The notes: a model not told the origin generated them from the sequence alone. A DNA stretch of 34,868 bases from an uncultured Planctomycetia bacterium (GCA_964466525.1 CAYXQY010000002.1:31137-66004), one strand, 5' to 3'; positions 7,107-17,821 are shown, counted from the first letter of the stretch. Translations and numbers: made by a program.

Positions 7107-9332
7107 TCAAAGACTGAACAACGGGGCATTCATGAAACGAATTCCTTTCATCACCTTTTCGGACACGTCACGAAGGATCGCTTCCGGGGTTGTGAATACC
7201 GTAACTCCGCCGGGCCCGGCAAGGATAATACGGGGTCCGGCCGCAATCATACTGAACAACCGACGCTCGAGATCCTCCGGCCAGCCCCCACTGTACTTCA
7301 AGTACATGTTCGTTCTGCGTAGAACATTTAGCTTCTTTCGATCGGCAAGAATCAGTCGTTTGTGTCCGGGCGATACAGACGGGTTGTGAGTTAGAAACAG
7401 ATCCACGAGTTTTTGTTCTGTGTTTTCATTCGATAACGTAAGAAGTTTTAGCTTCACCTCCTGTTCGTTTTCCCGAACAAATACGGCTGCTCTTCGACCG
7501 TTAAACATTTCAAAATTGCCGGTGTCCACGAATCGAATCACGTTTGGAAGTGGGTGAGAAAACTCGCGCTCCCCTGTATCGACGTCAAACCCCAGAAAAT
7601 AGGGCGAATCCCAGGGAAGAACGTAGACGTGATTATTAAGAATCCGGGGTGGTTTCGTCCCTCTGGCCGAGGTTTGAGACGGCTGCCAGGATGGTGTCGA
7701 CAAATCATTCGATTCCTTCATCCCGGAATAGTTATAGACCCAGTTCATCTCGCCGGCGACTGCATCCAGGGACGATACAAGTCCCATGTTCGAAGCAAAC
7801 AGAAGGTCGTTTCCCACGGACAGGAGGTGAGCAAATTTACGGCTGTGGTCCCGGTTCGAACTCGATTGATCGAAGGGGTTTTCATTTGTTGCAATAACCC
7901 CCAAAAATCGAACCCAATCCAGTTTTCCTTTCCTGTGTGTATAACTGGCAACAAAAAGTTCCACCCGATTCCCGGCAATCCGTCGAACCAGCGGGACGAA
8001 CACGCCGTGTTCCGTGATTAACGGGGTCCCGTTGAAAAACAAACGTTCTCCATCGATAACGGGGGGATCTGACACGAACAGGGGTTGTCCGTTTATTGCA
8101 TTGACTTTGTGTAATTTATTCCGCATGTGCGCGTAAACCGCCCCCCTGTGAGCAGCCAGAGAATGAACTCCTGATCCGCGCTCGTGAAACGTGTCCAGTG
8201 CCTCCTGATCAATATCCGTTTGCATCTCCGGATAGGACCACCGAAGCGTGCGACGACGACCGTGCAGGGCCTTCGTCAATGAATCGGCCAAACCATATGC
8301 TAGAAGGTGCGAGGAATCGTTGACGAACACCATTCCCTGATACAGGATGGGTTGAATCGGGGAATACGCCCCTGCTTTTGTCGAATCGACAGAACCCTGC
8401 TTCAGAAACGGTTCGCTTCGCGCCGTTCCTTTGTCTCGCTCCTCACCGGATTGACCTCCCGAAATTAAAGAACGCGGTGAGCTGCTCCACAACTTGATCA
8501 ACTCCCCAATTCCATCTGATTTCCCTGTTGAAAACAAAGAGGTGTCCAGCAGGGAGTGTACCCGTCCGGTGCCTTTGTTGTTCCCTCCCGGACGTCGCCA
8601 GTCCGGAGCTCCATCAGCCGGTAGTGAACTCCCTTTTTTGCGTCCCCGTGCTTTCTTCCCGACTGTTCTTCGCTGTTCGGCTCGACCGAGGTCTGCACGC
8701 AGGTCCGCAAATTCCGTTTGATCCGGAATTTTTTTCAGGGTAAAGCGCATCCGCCGTCTTAATCGGTCATGATCGATATTATCCGGTTGATAGGACAGCA
8801 ACCGACTCCACCAGTGTATAGCCGTTTTAAACGCTGCTTTCTTGAAGGACAGTCGCGCGAGCTTTAAAGCGGCCACCCGACCGTACTCCACGGGAAAGTA
8901 AATTCGGGCAATTTCCCGCAACCGCTTCCGGTCAGAGACCTGTTTCGGGTGTTTGTATCTGGACCTGGCATCCTTCTGAAAGACACGACGTAACACATCC
9001 ATTTCTTCGGACGATAACTCCGAAATGCGCCTTCGGACCATACGGGTTACACCGACGAACCGAAGCCGCTCCTGTTGTAGCACGGCTCCCGAGTGTCTCT
9101 TGATCAGATTCAGGTAGATTTCGGCCGTTCGTGACATAAACCCTTTTTCCTTCCGTCGCTCCGCCTGACGAAGAAGATTTACCGCATCCTGATCTTCGAC
9201 CTGGATATGGACCTGTGAATTCTGTCCGATACTTCTTGTTATGAAAACGGAGAACAGGAGGTATCCGACTGAAAAAATCAGGATAAGACGGGTCGGAAAC
9301 CGGATTGTAGATTCAGGATGTAATGAAATCAC
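7107..9332 (-). CDS. Exported/membrane-anchored protein with helical (TPR-like) N-terminal region and PQQ/BamB-like beta-propeller repeats
   Basis: N-terminal hydrophobic segment; repeats such as KVNAINGQPLF, SLDAVAGEMNW, GFDVDTGEREF; 741-aa open frame. Confidence 0.65.
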   Translation of the reverse strand: MISLHPESTIRFPTRLILIFSVGYLLFSVFITRSIGQNSQVHIQVEDQDAVNLLRQAERRKEKGFMSRTAEIYLNLIKRHSGAVLQQERLRFVGVTRMVRRRISELSSEEMDVLRRVFQKDARSRYKHPKQVSDRKRLREIARIYFPVEYGRVAALKLARLSFKKAAFKTAIHWWSRLLSYQPDNIDHDRLRRRMRFTLKKIPDQTEFADLRADLGRAEQRRTVGKKARGRKKGSSLPADGAPDWRRPGGNNKGTGRVHSLLDTSLFSTGKSDGIGELIKLWSSSPRSLISGGQSGEERDKGTARSEPFLKQGSVDSTKAGAYSPIQPILYQGMVFVNDSSHLLAYGLADSLTKALHGRRRTLRWSYPEMQTDIDQEALDTFHERGSGVHSLAAHRGAVYAHMRNKLHKVNAINGQPLFVSDPPVIDGERLFFNGTPLITEHGVFVPLVRRIAGNRVELFVASYTHRKGKLDWVRFLGVIATNENPFDQSSSNRDHSRKFAHLLSVGNDLLFASNMGLVSSLDAVAGEMNWVYNYSGMKESNDLSTPSWQPSQTSARGTKPPRILNNHVYVLPWDSPYFLGFDVDTGEREFSHPLPNVIRFVDTGNFEMFNGRRAAVFVRENEQEVKLKLLTLSNENTEQKLVDLFLTHNPSVSPGHKRLILADRKKLNVLRRTNMYLKYSGGWPEDLERRLFSMIAAGPRIILAGPGGVTVFTTPEAILRDVSEKVMKGIRFMNAPLFSL

Positions 9333-9482
9333 AGGGAAATGAAAGCATCACTTGCTTGATACGGTTATTCACACAAGAATTAATAGTAGCAGACGACTGA
9401 TTGAAATCCAATGAATCAGAACGTTTCGTTTTTTCCACCCCCTTTTACTTCGATCCGATTTGATGTAAATTAATAACTCGTT

Positions 9483-9555
9483 GGGCCCGTAGCTCAGCCG
9501 GGAGAGCGCCAGGATCGCACCCTGGAGGTCGAGGGTTCGAGCCCCTTCGGGTCCA
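9483..9555 (+). tRNA. tRNA-Ala (anticodon CGC), CCA not encoded
   Basis: Cloverleaf GGGCCCG-TA-GCTC..GAGC-G-CCAGG-ATCGCAC-CCTGG-AGGTC-GAGGG-TTCGAGC-CCCTT-CGGGTCC-A with the G3:U70 alanine identity pair and A73. Confidence 0.95.
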
Positions 9556-9569
9556 TTCTTCTCCCCCGA

Positions 9570-9843
9570 GAAGCTGTGAAAAAACGCTCATCTTCAGTAT
9601 ATTCACAATCTCTGCGGCATTGCGGCGTGATTTCGAAGGCAATCCCTCGTCAGTGCACTACCGGGAAAATCAGGACGTGCTGACGGCACGGTTGTAACGT
9701 CTCTCGTTCGGAAGAGACAAGTGGTACACAATAGCGAAATCAATTCATCCTCGCCGATGATTTTTCGGCATCGGCTGCGGTGAACTCCGTGCTCCTCCAC
9801 AATCCCTGTTCCTCTGACGTTGCGAGGATTTTTCAGCAATCTC
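9570..9843. mobile_element. Diverged full-length copy of the ~273-bp MITE-like element
   Basis: Ends GAAGCTGTGAAAAAA ... GGATTTTTCAGCAATCTC. 9760-9843 aligns to the reverse complement of 25160-25250. Length is about 274 bp. Confidence 0.6.
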
Positions 9844-9850
9844 CAGGTCT

Positions 9851-11956
9851 TCAGCCTTTCGATCCACGCCTCTCAGTCACCTTTGATATTGCCTTTTCCA
9901 GGTCGGTGGTCGGTTGTTCACAGGCTTGCTCCCTGCAGACATAAATTGCCGGATCCCCATCTATGTCCTCCTGATACCCGGTGAAGGGGGCGAGATCAGT
10001 AATGGCCTCCGTTTTTTCTCGTGATCCTGAAATGGGGCGATAAAGTAACACACTGTTTGGAAGGTACATCTCCCGAAACCGTTTCAGAAACCGGTCCGTG
10101 TCGGGATGTTCTTCCCGCCCGACCACAACGATTTCGTGACCGGGTCCAATACGGTTGATCACCCCGCACAGAAACATCGTGTGGGAAAAAGGCTGATGTT
10201 GAACGGATTCCGAAAACGCTCTCTCCAGATTCACTCCATGCTCCTCGAGGTCCGGGTCACCGGTCAGCCGGGCGAGATCAATCAGGTTCATATAAGCCAC
10301 TGAATTGGCGGACGGTTTAGCACCGTCCTGAACCGTTTTCCTTCGTGTAAGAAGGTCTTTGGCGTCATCCGGGGTGAAGTAGAAGCCCCCTGTGTTTTCA
10401 TCCCAGAAATGATCCAGAAACAACCTGTTCACGTCGAGTGCTTCTTCAAGGTAGCACGGGTCATGAGTAGATTGGTAGAGATCAACCAATCCACGAACAT
10501 AGAACGCGTAATCGTCCGCAAGGCCGTTCACGGCCGCTTCCCCCTCCCGGAAACGATGAATTAAACGACCCCGGTCGTCTCGAAGTTGATCATGTATAAA
10601 CGAGGCGGCCGAGCGCGCCGCATCGAGGTATTCACGTTTATCCAAAACTCCTCCCGCTTTCGCGAGAGCTGATATCATCAGACCGTTCCAGCTGGTCAGT
10701 ATTTTGTCGTCAAGGTGGGGACGAGGGCGGTTTTCCCGTGCTTCAAACAGACGTTTCCGCATCGACTCCACCGTGTCCCGATACGCCTTCCGGGACATTC
10801 CGAGCTGGTCGGCGATCTCCCCGGGGACCCGGCCCGGATGTAACACGTTTCGACCCGTTTTTTTGCCGGAGGCTTCCTCCCGGAAATTACCATCTTCGGT
10901 AACGTTGAAAATCTGTCTCGCTCGTTCTGCGTCCTCTTCCCCCAGGACCTCAACCAGCTCTTCGTTCGTCCATTGATAGAAAACCCCCTCCCCTCCTTCC
11001 GAATCCGCGTCCTCGGCGGAATAAAATCCCCCCTCCTCTGCACGCAGGTCCCGAAGAACGTACGAACAGATCTCCTCCGTCGTGCGACGATAAAATACTT
11101 CACCCGTGATCTGAAACGTTTCCAGGAAGGCCATGGACAGAAGCGCCTGGTCATAAAGCATTTTCTCGAAGTGCGGAAGCTTCCACTGACGATCCGTGGA
11201 ATAGCGATGGAATCCAAATCCCACCTGGTCATACATCCCCCCCTGACGCATCGACGTTAACGTTTTCTTCACCATATCAAGAGGACGTTCCTCCCCGCTC
11301 CGGTGCGCGTACCGGAGCAAGAACAGCAGATTATGCGGGCTTGGAAATTTCGGTTCACTGCCAAAACCCCCGTGCTTCTGATCGAACTGACTTTCCATAC
11401 GCCGCACGGTTCGATCAAGCGTCTTTCCTGTTATTTCATCCCCGGGTGCCTCACCGGTTTTCTTCTCCAGCGAATTCATGACCTGTTCAGCAGATTCCAG
11501 GGCCTCCTCCCGATTGTTTTCCCACAACTCCTGCACCTGTGGAATTAAATCCAGCATACCGACCTGTTGTCCACGACTCTCACGGGGGAGATACGTCGCG
11601 GCAAAAAACGGTTTCTGATCCGGGGTCATCAGGATGGTAAGCGGCCAGCCGCCTCGACCGGTTGCCATCTGACAGACCGTCATGTAAATATCGTCTATAT
11701 CCGGACGCTCTTCACGATCCACCTTGATATTGACAAACGCCTCGTTCATTTTTTTCGCCACCTCAGGATCTTCAAACGATTCATGCGCCATCACATGACA
11801 CCAGTGGCAGGTGGAATACCCGATGGATAGAAAGATGGGCTTGTCCTCCGTCTGTGCCCTTTCAAATGCTTCGTCACACCACGGATACCAATCAACCGGA
11901 TTATCCGCGTGCTGAAGCAGATACGGACTTTTCTCGTCGCGTAATTTGTTTGACAT
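9851..11956 (-). CDS. Thioredoxin-domain DUF255 protein (YyaL/SSP411 family)
   Basis: [67 protein letters not shown]. Confidence 0.95.
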   Translation of the reverse strand: MSNKLRDEKSPYLLQHADNPVDWYPWCDEAFERAQTEDKPIFLSIGYSTCHWCHVMAHESFEDPEVAKKMNEAFVNIKVDREERPDIDDIYMTVCQMATGRGGWPLTILMTPDQKPFFAATYLPRESRGQQVGMLDLIPQVQELWENNREEALESAEQVMNSLEKKTGEAPGDEITGKTLDRTVRRMESQFDQKHGGFGSEPKFPSPHNLLFLLRYAHRSGEERPLDMVKKTLTSMRQGGMYDQVGFGFHRYSTDRQWKLPHFEKMLYDQALLSMAFLETFQITGEVFYRRTTEEICSYVLRDLRAEEGGFYSAEDADSEGGEGVFYQWTNEELVEVLGEEDAERARQIFNVTEDGNFREEASGKKTGRNVLHPGRVPGEIADQLGMSRKAYRDTVESMRKRLFEARENRPRPHLDDKILTSWNGLMISALAKAGGVLDKREYLDAARSAASFIHDQLRDDRGRLIHRFREGEAAVNGLADDYAFYVRGLVDLYQSTHDPCYLEEALDVNRLFLDHFWDENTGGFYFTPDDAKDLLTRRKTVQDGAKPSANSVAYMNLIDLARLTGDPDLEEHGVNLERAFSESVQHQPFSHTMFLCGVINRIGPGHEIVVVGREEHPDTDRFLKRFREMYLPNSVLLYRPISGSREKTEAITDLAPFTGYQEDIDGDPAIYVCREQACEQPTTDLEKAISKVTERRGSKG

Positions 11957-12236
11957 GAAAATTTCTTGACTGGATGGAACTTATGGAAGAGTGATATGCA
12001 TGGAGGGACAGGGGAACGCTGAAGTTACTTGCCGTGTGCCATTCGAGCTATGTGATCGAGCACAAGTTTTGACAGAAGCAATCAAAAGCTCGTTGTGAAG
12101 AGAAACTGACAATTGCGTCCGAGTCGACCTCATGATTCAAATACATCAAACTCACGCCGCCAGCAAACCAGATCATATTCACGATACGGAGACGGTATTT
12201 TTGCCACTCAGATTCGGTGGGGAAACGGTGGGGCGG

Positions 12237-13058
12237 TCAGCGTGTATATTCTCCGAGGAGCTTTTCTTTCTGATCCGAAAGCTCGTCCTCAAGCTCCGTA
12301 ATCAGGGCGGAGTGTATCTGGCAAATACGACTTTCCGAGAGATCAAGCGTCTCTCCAATTTCTTTCATCGTTAACCCTTCCACGTAATACAGAAGCAAAA
12401 CCAGCCGCTCCTTTTTGTTCAGATCCTGCGTAATATAATCAATCAAATTTTTCTTGTGCAGCTCATGGTCGGGAGCCGGTTCCCTTGACTGCTGCAGGCG
12501 ATCGATGTTTTCCAGTTTGTCGGAATCATCGTTCCAGTTTGGCGTAAGGGAAAACATTACGCTCGTTGATATTTCCCGTTGAAGCTTTTCCACTTCCTGA
12601 AGGGACTTGTCCAGTTTGTCGGCAATCTCGATGTTCGTGGGGCGCCGGCCCAGTTCCACTTCAAGTTCCGTAACAGCTTCCCTGTATTTATGCATTTTCT
12701 TTCGAACCAGACGGGGCACCCAGTCCGAATCACGCAACGAATCGAGGATTGATCCACGGATCCGGAGCATGCTGTACGTTTTAAATTTTACACCCTTTTC
12801 CGGATTGTACTTCTCGATCGCATCAACGAGTCCAAAAATTCCTGAACTTTTTAAATCATCCGTGTTGACACTGTTTGGCAACCTCTTATTCAACCGTTCC
12901 GCACAGAAGTGCACCAGATGAATGTATGCTTTTACAAGTTCATTGCGGTTCTGTTCGTTTGGATTGTTGAGGTACGATTTCCATTTTTCCTTGTGAGATA
13001 GCTTCTCCGGAAAATCGGCTGTCGTTACTTCTTCCTCCTCCGTTTCCTGTTTAACCAT
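12237..13058 (-). CDS. FliA/WhiG-family RNA polymerase sigma factor
   Basis: GIFGLVDAIEKY, KFKTYSMLRIRGSILDSLRDSDWVPRLVR, LYYVEGLTMKEIG..LSESRICQIH. Confidence 0.93.
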   Translation of the reverse strand: MVKQETEEEEVTTADFPEKLSHKEKWKSYLNNPNEQNRNELVKAYIHLVHFCAERLNKRLPNSVNTDDLKSSGIFGLVDAIEKYNPEKGVKFKTYSMLRIRGSILDSLRDSDWVPRLVRKKMHKYREAVTELEVELGRRPTNIEIADKLDKSLQEVEKLQREISTSVMFSLTPNWNDDSDKLENIDRLQQSREPAPDHELHKKNLIDYITQDLNKKERLVLLLYYVEGLTMKEIGETLDLSESRICQIHSALITELEDELSDQKEKLLGEYTR

Positions 13059-13253
13059 CGGGTATCCCCCACCAGAATGTGGACAAGAAGTAAAGAGCTT
13101 TGAACTACAAGTAATCGGTGTTTTATCAGTATTTCTTTAATTGCGCCCGATTTCAATTCATCTCCCCTTCGCCCAAATAGCATTTCACACGTTTTACACC
13201 CCCGTCCCCCATCTAAATTTTACTCAGTCGTGCAATCAGCTGATTTTTGTCCG

Positions 13254-13700
13254 CTATGCACTGTGGGCATTCAATCGAAGACGTCGAAACAGTGTATCTA
13301 CACGGTTTTTGATCCGATCCCGCACCTGCCGGAAAACCTCCAGCTGTTCGTGTTGCGATCCGGTGGCAAAATACGGGTCCTGAATTGACCATGTCTTCAC
13401 GCCGGTTGACTGAAACCGAGTGGGTAATTTACGGGTCACGGATGGATCCATCGACACGACCAGATCCGGGGCATCCTGAATAGACGTAATTGGCGTTGAA
13501 CGGAGGTTTTGAATATCCACATTTACTTCCGCCATCACCTCAACTGCCCGGTCATCTATTCCGATGGGGCGAACGCCCGCGCTGTGGACGGCCCCATTTA
13601 CTCCGATCATTGCTTCGCCAAATCCGTGAGCCATCGGACTCCGGCAGGCATTTCCCTGGCAAACAAACAGTACGTCCGAAGCCTCAGACGTAAAACTCAT
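13254..13700 (-). CDS. Low-molecular-weight phosphatase / ArsC-family protein
   Basis: LFVCQGNACRSPMA P-loop, HSAG, WSIQDPY. Confidence 0.88.
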   Translation of the reverse strand: MSFTSEASDVLFVCQGNACRSPMAHGFGEAMIGVNGAVHSAGVRPIGIDDRAVEVMAEVNVDIQNLRSTPITSIQDAPDLVVSMDPSVTRKLPTRFQSTGVKTWSIQDPYFATGSQHEQLEVFRQVRDRIKNRVDTLFRRLRLNAHSA

Positions 13701-14274
13701 AACATTACTCGTTGTTGCACAGTTAAAGAACGCCCTTTCATCGAAGTTTATTATAGCCCAAAAAACCCCTCACACAACCACAGCACACCAAATCACCGAG
13801 AAAACCACAAAACGTCCGATAAGATATATTATGTTACATTTAAGCGGTAGGAACAACTGTTTCTTGAGTTCTGGTCGGTACTTCAACATAATAATGCGTT
13901 TTCTGAGGCCTCAACTTGCTGCACCCGCTCTACGCATGACCCAATAGTCAAGTCGTTATGGCGTTCGGCCGAACAAATGACCAACAACACATACCCAGAT
14001 CCGATGAGGTGTCAGGCCTTTGATGACACGCATCGTTCCTGATTATAACAGGGCGCCCTTTTCAGTCTCCGCAATATAACGGAACGCTCCTGAATAGCGA
14101 GCAACTGCAGACACTTCCTGAACATGATGAAATTTATCGGGCAAATACCCCACCCTAATTCATCAAAAAACCCGGTTTCATCGGAATTGAAAAAACCGCC
14201 TGCATTCAACAGATGCGTTAAACGGAACAAATACCTGAAGGATCGATACAGGAAGGGCGCACGTCATGACAAAT

Positions 14275-14326
14275 AAAGCAAGGGCCCCGGTGGTGCGTTA
14301 AGGTGGGGCACCACGGGGCCCTTTTT
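14275..14326. terminator. Strong hairpin, likely bidirectional intrinsic terminator downstream of rpmE
   Basis: AGGGCCCCG-GTGGTGC..GCACCA-CGGGGCCCT followed by TTTT on +, and by TGCTTTATTT on -. Confidence 0.7.
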
Positions 14327-14361
14327 GGGAGGCGGGGCTATATACTTGTTGCGTAAACGAC

Positions 14362-14598
14362 TTACGATTCGTCTCCGACAAGTTCAGAGACACGCTCTTC
14401 GGACCAATCATACTTGTCCTGGAACTTCTCCACACGCCCTTCACTGTCGACGTATTTCTGCTGGCCTGTATAGAACGGATGACATTCCGAACAGATTTCA
14501 ACCTTCATCCGTTCCTCTGTGGAATAGATGGTAAATTCGTTTCCACATCCACAGTATACATCGGTTTGTTTCAGTTCAGGATGTAAGCCTTTTTGCAT
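14362..14598 (-). CDS. rpmE: 50S ribosomal protein L31 (zinc-binding type)
   Basis: [40 protein letters not shown]. It forms the last 78 aa of the track's 14362-15318 ORF. Confidence 0.96.
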   Translation of the reverse strand: MQKGLHPELKQTDVYCGCGNEFTIYSTEERMKVEICSECHPFYTGQQKYVDSEGRVEKFQDKYDWSEERVSELVGDES

Positions 14599-14760
14599 AG
14601 CAACCAGCAGATGAGAAGCATCAATAGCAGAACAACCGAATCTGTGTACTATTATAAGCACCTCGAAATCTTTTTCAAACGGAGTATGACAATTATCCTG
14701 GCAGCGTGTCAGATTCAGGGTTGGTAACCCCGGATTTTTATTGCTAAAATGCTTGGCCCT

Positions 14761-15579
14761 ATGGCAAAAATTGAACTGGATGACTACACAATTAACGGTC
14801 GTTCCATTTCCACCATCGAAACGTGGATTCAGATTCCGGAACTTAACGTCTGTTTTGATATTGGCAAAGGGCCCCGGAAGGTTTCGGGCACGGACAACGT
14901 TCTGATCTCCCATTTTCATCAGGACCACGCCCTGGGAGTTACGAAGCATATTGCCACGAGAAACCTCTTGCAGATCGAACCGCCCCGTATCTTCGTTCCA
15001 CATGACTGCACGTCGGAGTTCCACCGACTGATTTCCGTCTGGGAGGATCTGGAGGAGCGCCGACTGGATTACAGGCTGGAGGGCGTAAAGGACGGAGACG
15101 AATTCTACTTCCGGAAGGATTTGAAGGTGCGCCCCTTCAAGGTGGACCATTCGATTTCTTCCTTCGGGTACACCATTATCGAAGAACGAAAAAAACTTCG
15201 ACAGGAGTACCTGGACCTCGATGGCCAGGAGATCGTGCGGTTGAAAGAACAGGGCGAGGATCTGTTTTACACACTTGAATTGCCCCTTGTGAGCTACACC
15301 GGAGATACGCGACCGCACATACTGGATAAATACGATTTCGTTCGGCAGAGCCGGGTGCTAATCACCGAATCCACGTTTTTGAAGGAGGAGGATCGTGAGC
15401 TCGCTCACAGGAGGTCACACACGCACATACAGGACCTCGTGGATCGAAAAGATCAGCTCGAAAACAACTACATTGTACTGGTTCATTTCAGCGCTCGATA
15501 CACGCGGCGGGAGGTTTTCGAGGAGATACAGAAACAGTTGCCGGAGGATCTGGAAGAACGAGTTCGGGTTCTGGCGTGA
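14761..15579 (+). CDS. Metallo-beta-lactamase-fold hydrolase, RNase Z/BN-like
   Basis: [37 protein letters not shown] motifs. Confidence 0.85.
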   Translation: MAKIELDDYTINGRSISTIETWIQIPELNVCFDIGKGPRKVSGTDNVLISHFHQDHALGVTKHIATRNLLQIEPPRIFVPHDCTSEFHRLISVWEDLEERRLDYRLEGVKDGDEFYFRKDLKVRPFKVDHSISSFGYTIIEERKKLRQEYLDLDGQEIVRLKEQGEDLFYTLELPLVSYTGDTRPHILDKYDFVRQSRVLITESTFLKEEDRELAHRRSHTHIQDLVDRKDQLENNYIVLVHFSARYTRREVFEEIQKQLPEDLEERVRVLA

Positions 15580-15594
15580 ATGTTCAAGTCGAAC

Positions 15595-16407
15595 TCAAGA
15601 TCCATCCTGAGTTTGTTCCACGCGGGCCTCTTCCCATAAATCCAGGAGTTCGGATCGAGTTGTTTCCTCCATTTCCCATCCCTGATTGCGAATTTTACGC
15701 TCGACGGCTTCAAATCGTTCCTTGAATTGATCATTGCCCTGCTGAAGGGCTTCCTCGGGGTCATGATCCAGCTTCCGGCCAAGGTTCGCACAGGCGAACA
15801 ATAGATCCCCAAGCTCCTCAAACGACCGGTCGCTGTTGTCCCGTTTGATCTCCTGTTCGAGTTCATTTAGCTCCTCCCTGACTTTCGAGACGGCCGACGA
15901 TGTATGGTTCCAGTCAAATCCTGCCGTGGCTGCTTTCTGGGTGATACGATATGCTCGAAGCAACGCTGGAAGTTCATCCGGCACACCAGAGAGGACCACG
16001 GTTTCCTCGGACGTGTTCTGCTGACGCTCCGATCGTTTTACCTTTTCCCAGGAGGACACGCCCTCTTCGGACGTACCGGCCTGTTCGTCTTCGAAGACAT
16101 GGGGGTGTCGTCGAACCAGTTTTTCGGTAATTTCTTTGATAACCGTCTCAAGACTGATTTCTCGGTCGTCCCCGTATAGCTCGGTAAGAAAAACGATCTG
16201 GTAGAGAAGATCGCCAAGTTCCTCCACGATCGCCCCATCCTCGTCACGGTTAATTGCCTCCCGTACTTCATACGTTTCCTCCACAAGCTGAGACTTTACA
16301 TCTTCCGGGTCGCGGGAACGATCCCAGGGACAGCCTCCCGGACCCAGCAGCGTTTGCGCGACGTCGACAAGCTCCGAGAGAGCCTCAGCTACAGCAGTTT
16401 CACTCAT
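15595..16407 (-). CDS. mazG: Nucleoside triphosphate pyrophosphohydrolase
   Basis: GGCPWDR, EETYEV, EELGDLL, KLVRRHPHVF, GFDW, second EELGDLLF. ATG at 16407 preferred. Confidence 0.95.
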   Translation of the reverse strand: MSETAVAEALSELVDVAQTLLGPGGCPWDRSRDPEDVKSQLVEETYEVREAINRDEDGAIVEELGDLLYQIVFLTELYGDDREISLETVIKEITEKLVRRHPHVFEDEQAGTSEEGVSSWEKVKRSERQQNTSEETVVLSGVPDELPALLRAYRITQKAATAGFDWNHTSSAVSKVREELNELEQEIKRDNSDRSFEELGDLLFACANLGRKLDHDPEEALQQGNDQFKERFEAVERKIRNQGWEMEETTRSELLDLWEEARVEQTQDGS

Positions 16408-16753
16408 ATTTACTTCCGTAGATTGACGTTTAACATATGTGCGAGGCCCCCTATTATACAGATCCTTCCTTCTTAAATTGAAATATAACTCAACAGGTCG
16501 TACGCACATCAAAAAATCAAGTCAGGATAACAGGATTCCGTATCCCGGATTCGACGCGGACGAATTAGACGGTGAAAGCACGTAAGCATAGACCGGCTTC
16601 TTCAACGCTTCGGCGCCTGAAAAAATGCTCATTGACATTCTTTCCAAACTGAAGTTAGATAAAATTTGAATTTCCCGGTTCCATGCCGTAAATGTTTCAT
16701 GCTTCCATGCTGAAGTTCAGGGCTTTCGTCTCTTCCAATTTTATCACTCGGTT

Positions 16754-17821
16754 GTGAAACGGCGTCTTCTGACCACGTTCGGTTTGCTATTTGGAGTTGC
16801 ACTCTTTGGGGCCATGGTATACATCTCCGGCCCCCGAAAATGTCTCGAAGCCTTACAAAAGGCGGGGTTTCTCTGTTTCATCAGTTTTTTTGGCTTGCTG
16901 GTGCTGCAACTTCTGTTTTTTACCCTGGGCTGGCAGGCCCTTCTTCGGGGAGCTGGTTTTACGCCTCCGCTTTACTGGACGGGAATCTGTCAGACCATGG
17001 GATATCTGGGTAATAACATCACGCCCAGCATGTATCTTGGGGGGGAGCCGGTTGCGGCTTATTTCCTTGCCCGGACGGAACATCTTTCGACACGACGCGT
17101 GATGGGGACGATGATCACGAGCAAATTTATGCAGCTCATTGCATTCCTGATGCTTTTTTTCATGGGATCGTATCTACTCCTTTCCACGCCTCGCTTTATC
17201 AACCAGCTCCCGGCAAGCTACGCCTGGACCTTTCGGTTCATGAAGTGGGTTGACCTTATCGCCGCAACCGGAACGATTTTGCTCCTTCTGATGGTATTTG
17301 CCGGCCGACATGCGCTGACCGGACTGACCCGGCTGCTGGCTCGTTGCTACGTATGCTCCCGTTTTCTCCTTCGGATCAAGCCGAAAATCAGGGATATGGA
17401 AACCACCATACACGAAGCGTTTCAAAAATCCTGGCCGGATACCATCATGTCTTTTCTCTACAGCACCGGAGCGATGATGACAATATATGCCCGTCCGCTG
17501 ATTTACTTTTATTTCGTTCCGGTCGATCAATCACCTTTTTCTTCCAGCGTGCTTGGCGTGACACTCGTCAACGCCGCCGCGTTTTTTACGCTCACGCAAC
17601 TTGTACAGATGTTTCAGTTTACGCCCGGGGGGCTGGGTATCTTTGACGTGGCCAGCGTTGCTATCCTGTATCACATGTTTGGCGTTCCTCAAGCTTCCGG
17701 CATGGGATTTAATATCATTTTCCGTCTCGCCGACGCGATTGTTGTTGGTATAGGGGCTTATTTTACCTTCCGCTACGGAGCACTTATGTTTCTGAAAGAT
17801 AAGACCATAAACCCACATTAG
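16754..17821 (+). CDS. Lysylphosphatidylglycerol-synthase transmembrane-domain (flippase-like) protein
   Basis: Multiple transmembrane segments with NNITPSMYLGGEP, TPGGLGIFD and IIFRL motifs. Confidence 0.8.
   Translation: MKRRLLTTFGLLFGVALFGAMVYISGPRKCLEALQKAGFLCFISFFGLLVLQLLFFTLGWQALLRGAGFTPPLYWTGICQTMGYLGNNITPSMYLGGEPVAAYFLARTEHLSTRRVMGTMITSKFMQLIAFLMLFFMGSYLLLSTPRFINQLPASYAWTFRFMKWVDLIAATGTILLLLMVFAGRHALTGLTRLLARCYVCSRFLLRIKPKIRDMETTIHEAFQKSWPDTIMSFLYSTGAMMTIYARPLIYFYFVPVDQSPFSSSVLGVTLVNAAAFFTLTQLVQMFQFTPGGLGIFDVASVAILYHMFGVPQASGMGFNIIFRLADAIVVGIGAYFTFRYGALMFLKDKTINPH

Noticed and set aside
9483-9850. Integrated island or prophage at the tRNA
   Set aside because: No integrase and no duplicated tRNA 3' end seen; only the short MITE copy follows.
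14362-15318. 318-aa ORF suggesting an L31 fusion with a long N-terminal domain
   Set aside because: The extension is antisense to the RNase Z-like gene and has no recognisable motif. L31 starts at the ATG at 14598.
16632-16665. TTGACA upstream of the flippase-like gene
   Set aside because: No good -10 box at 16-18 nt spacing; TAAAAT is 22 nt away.
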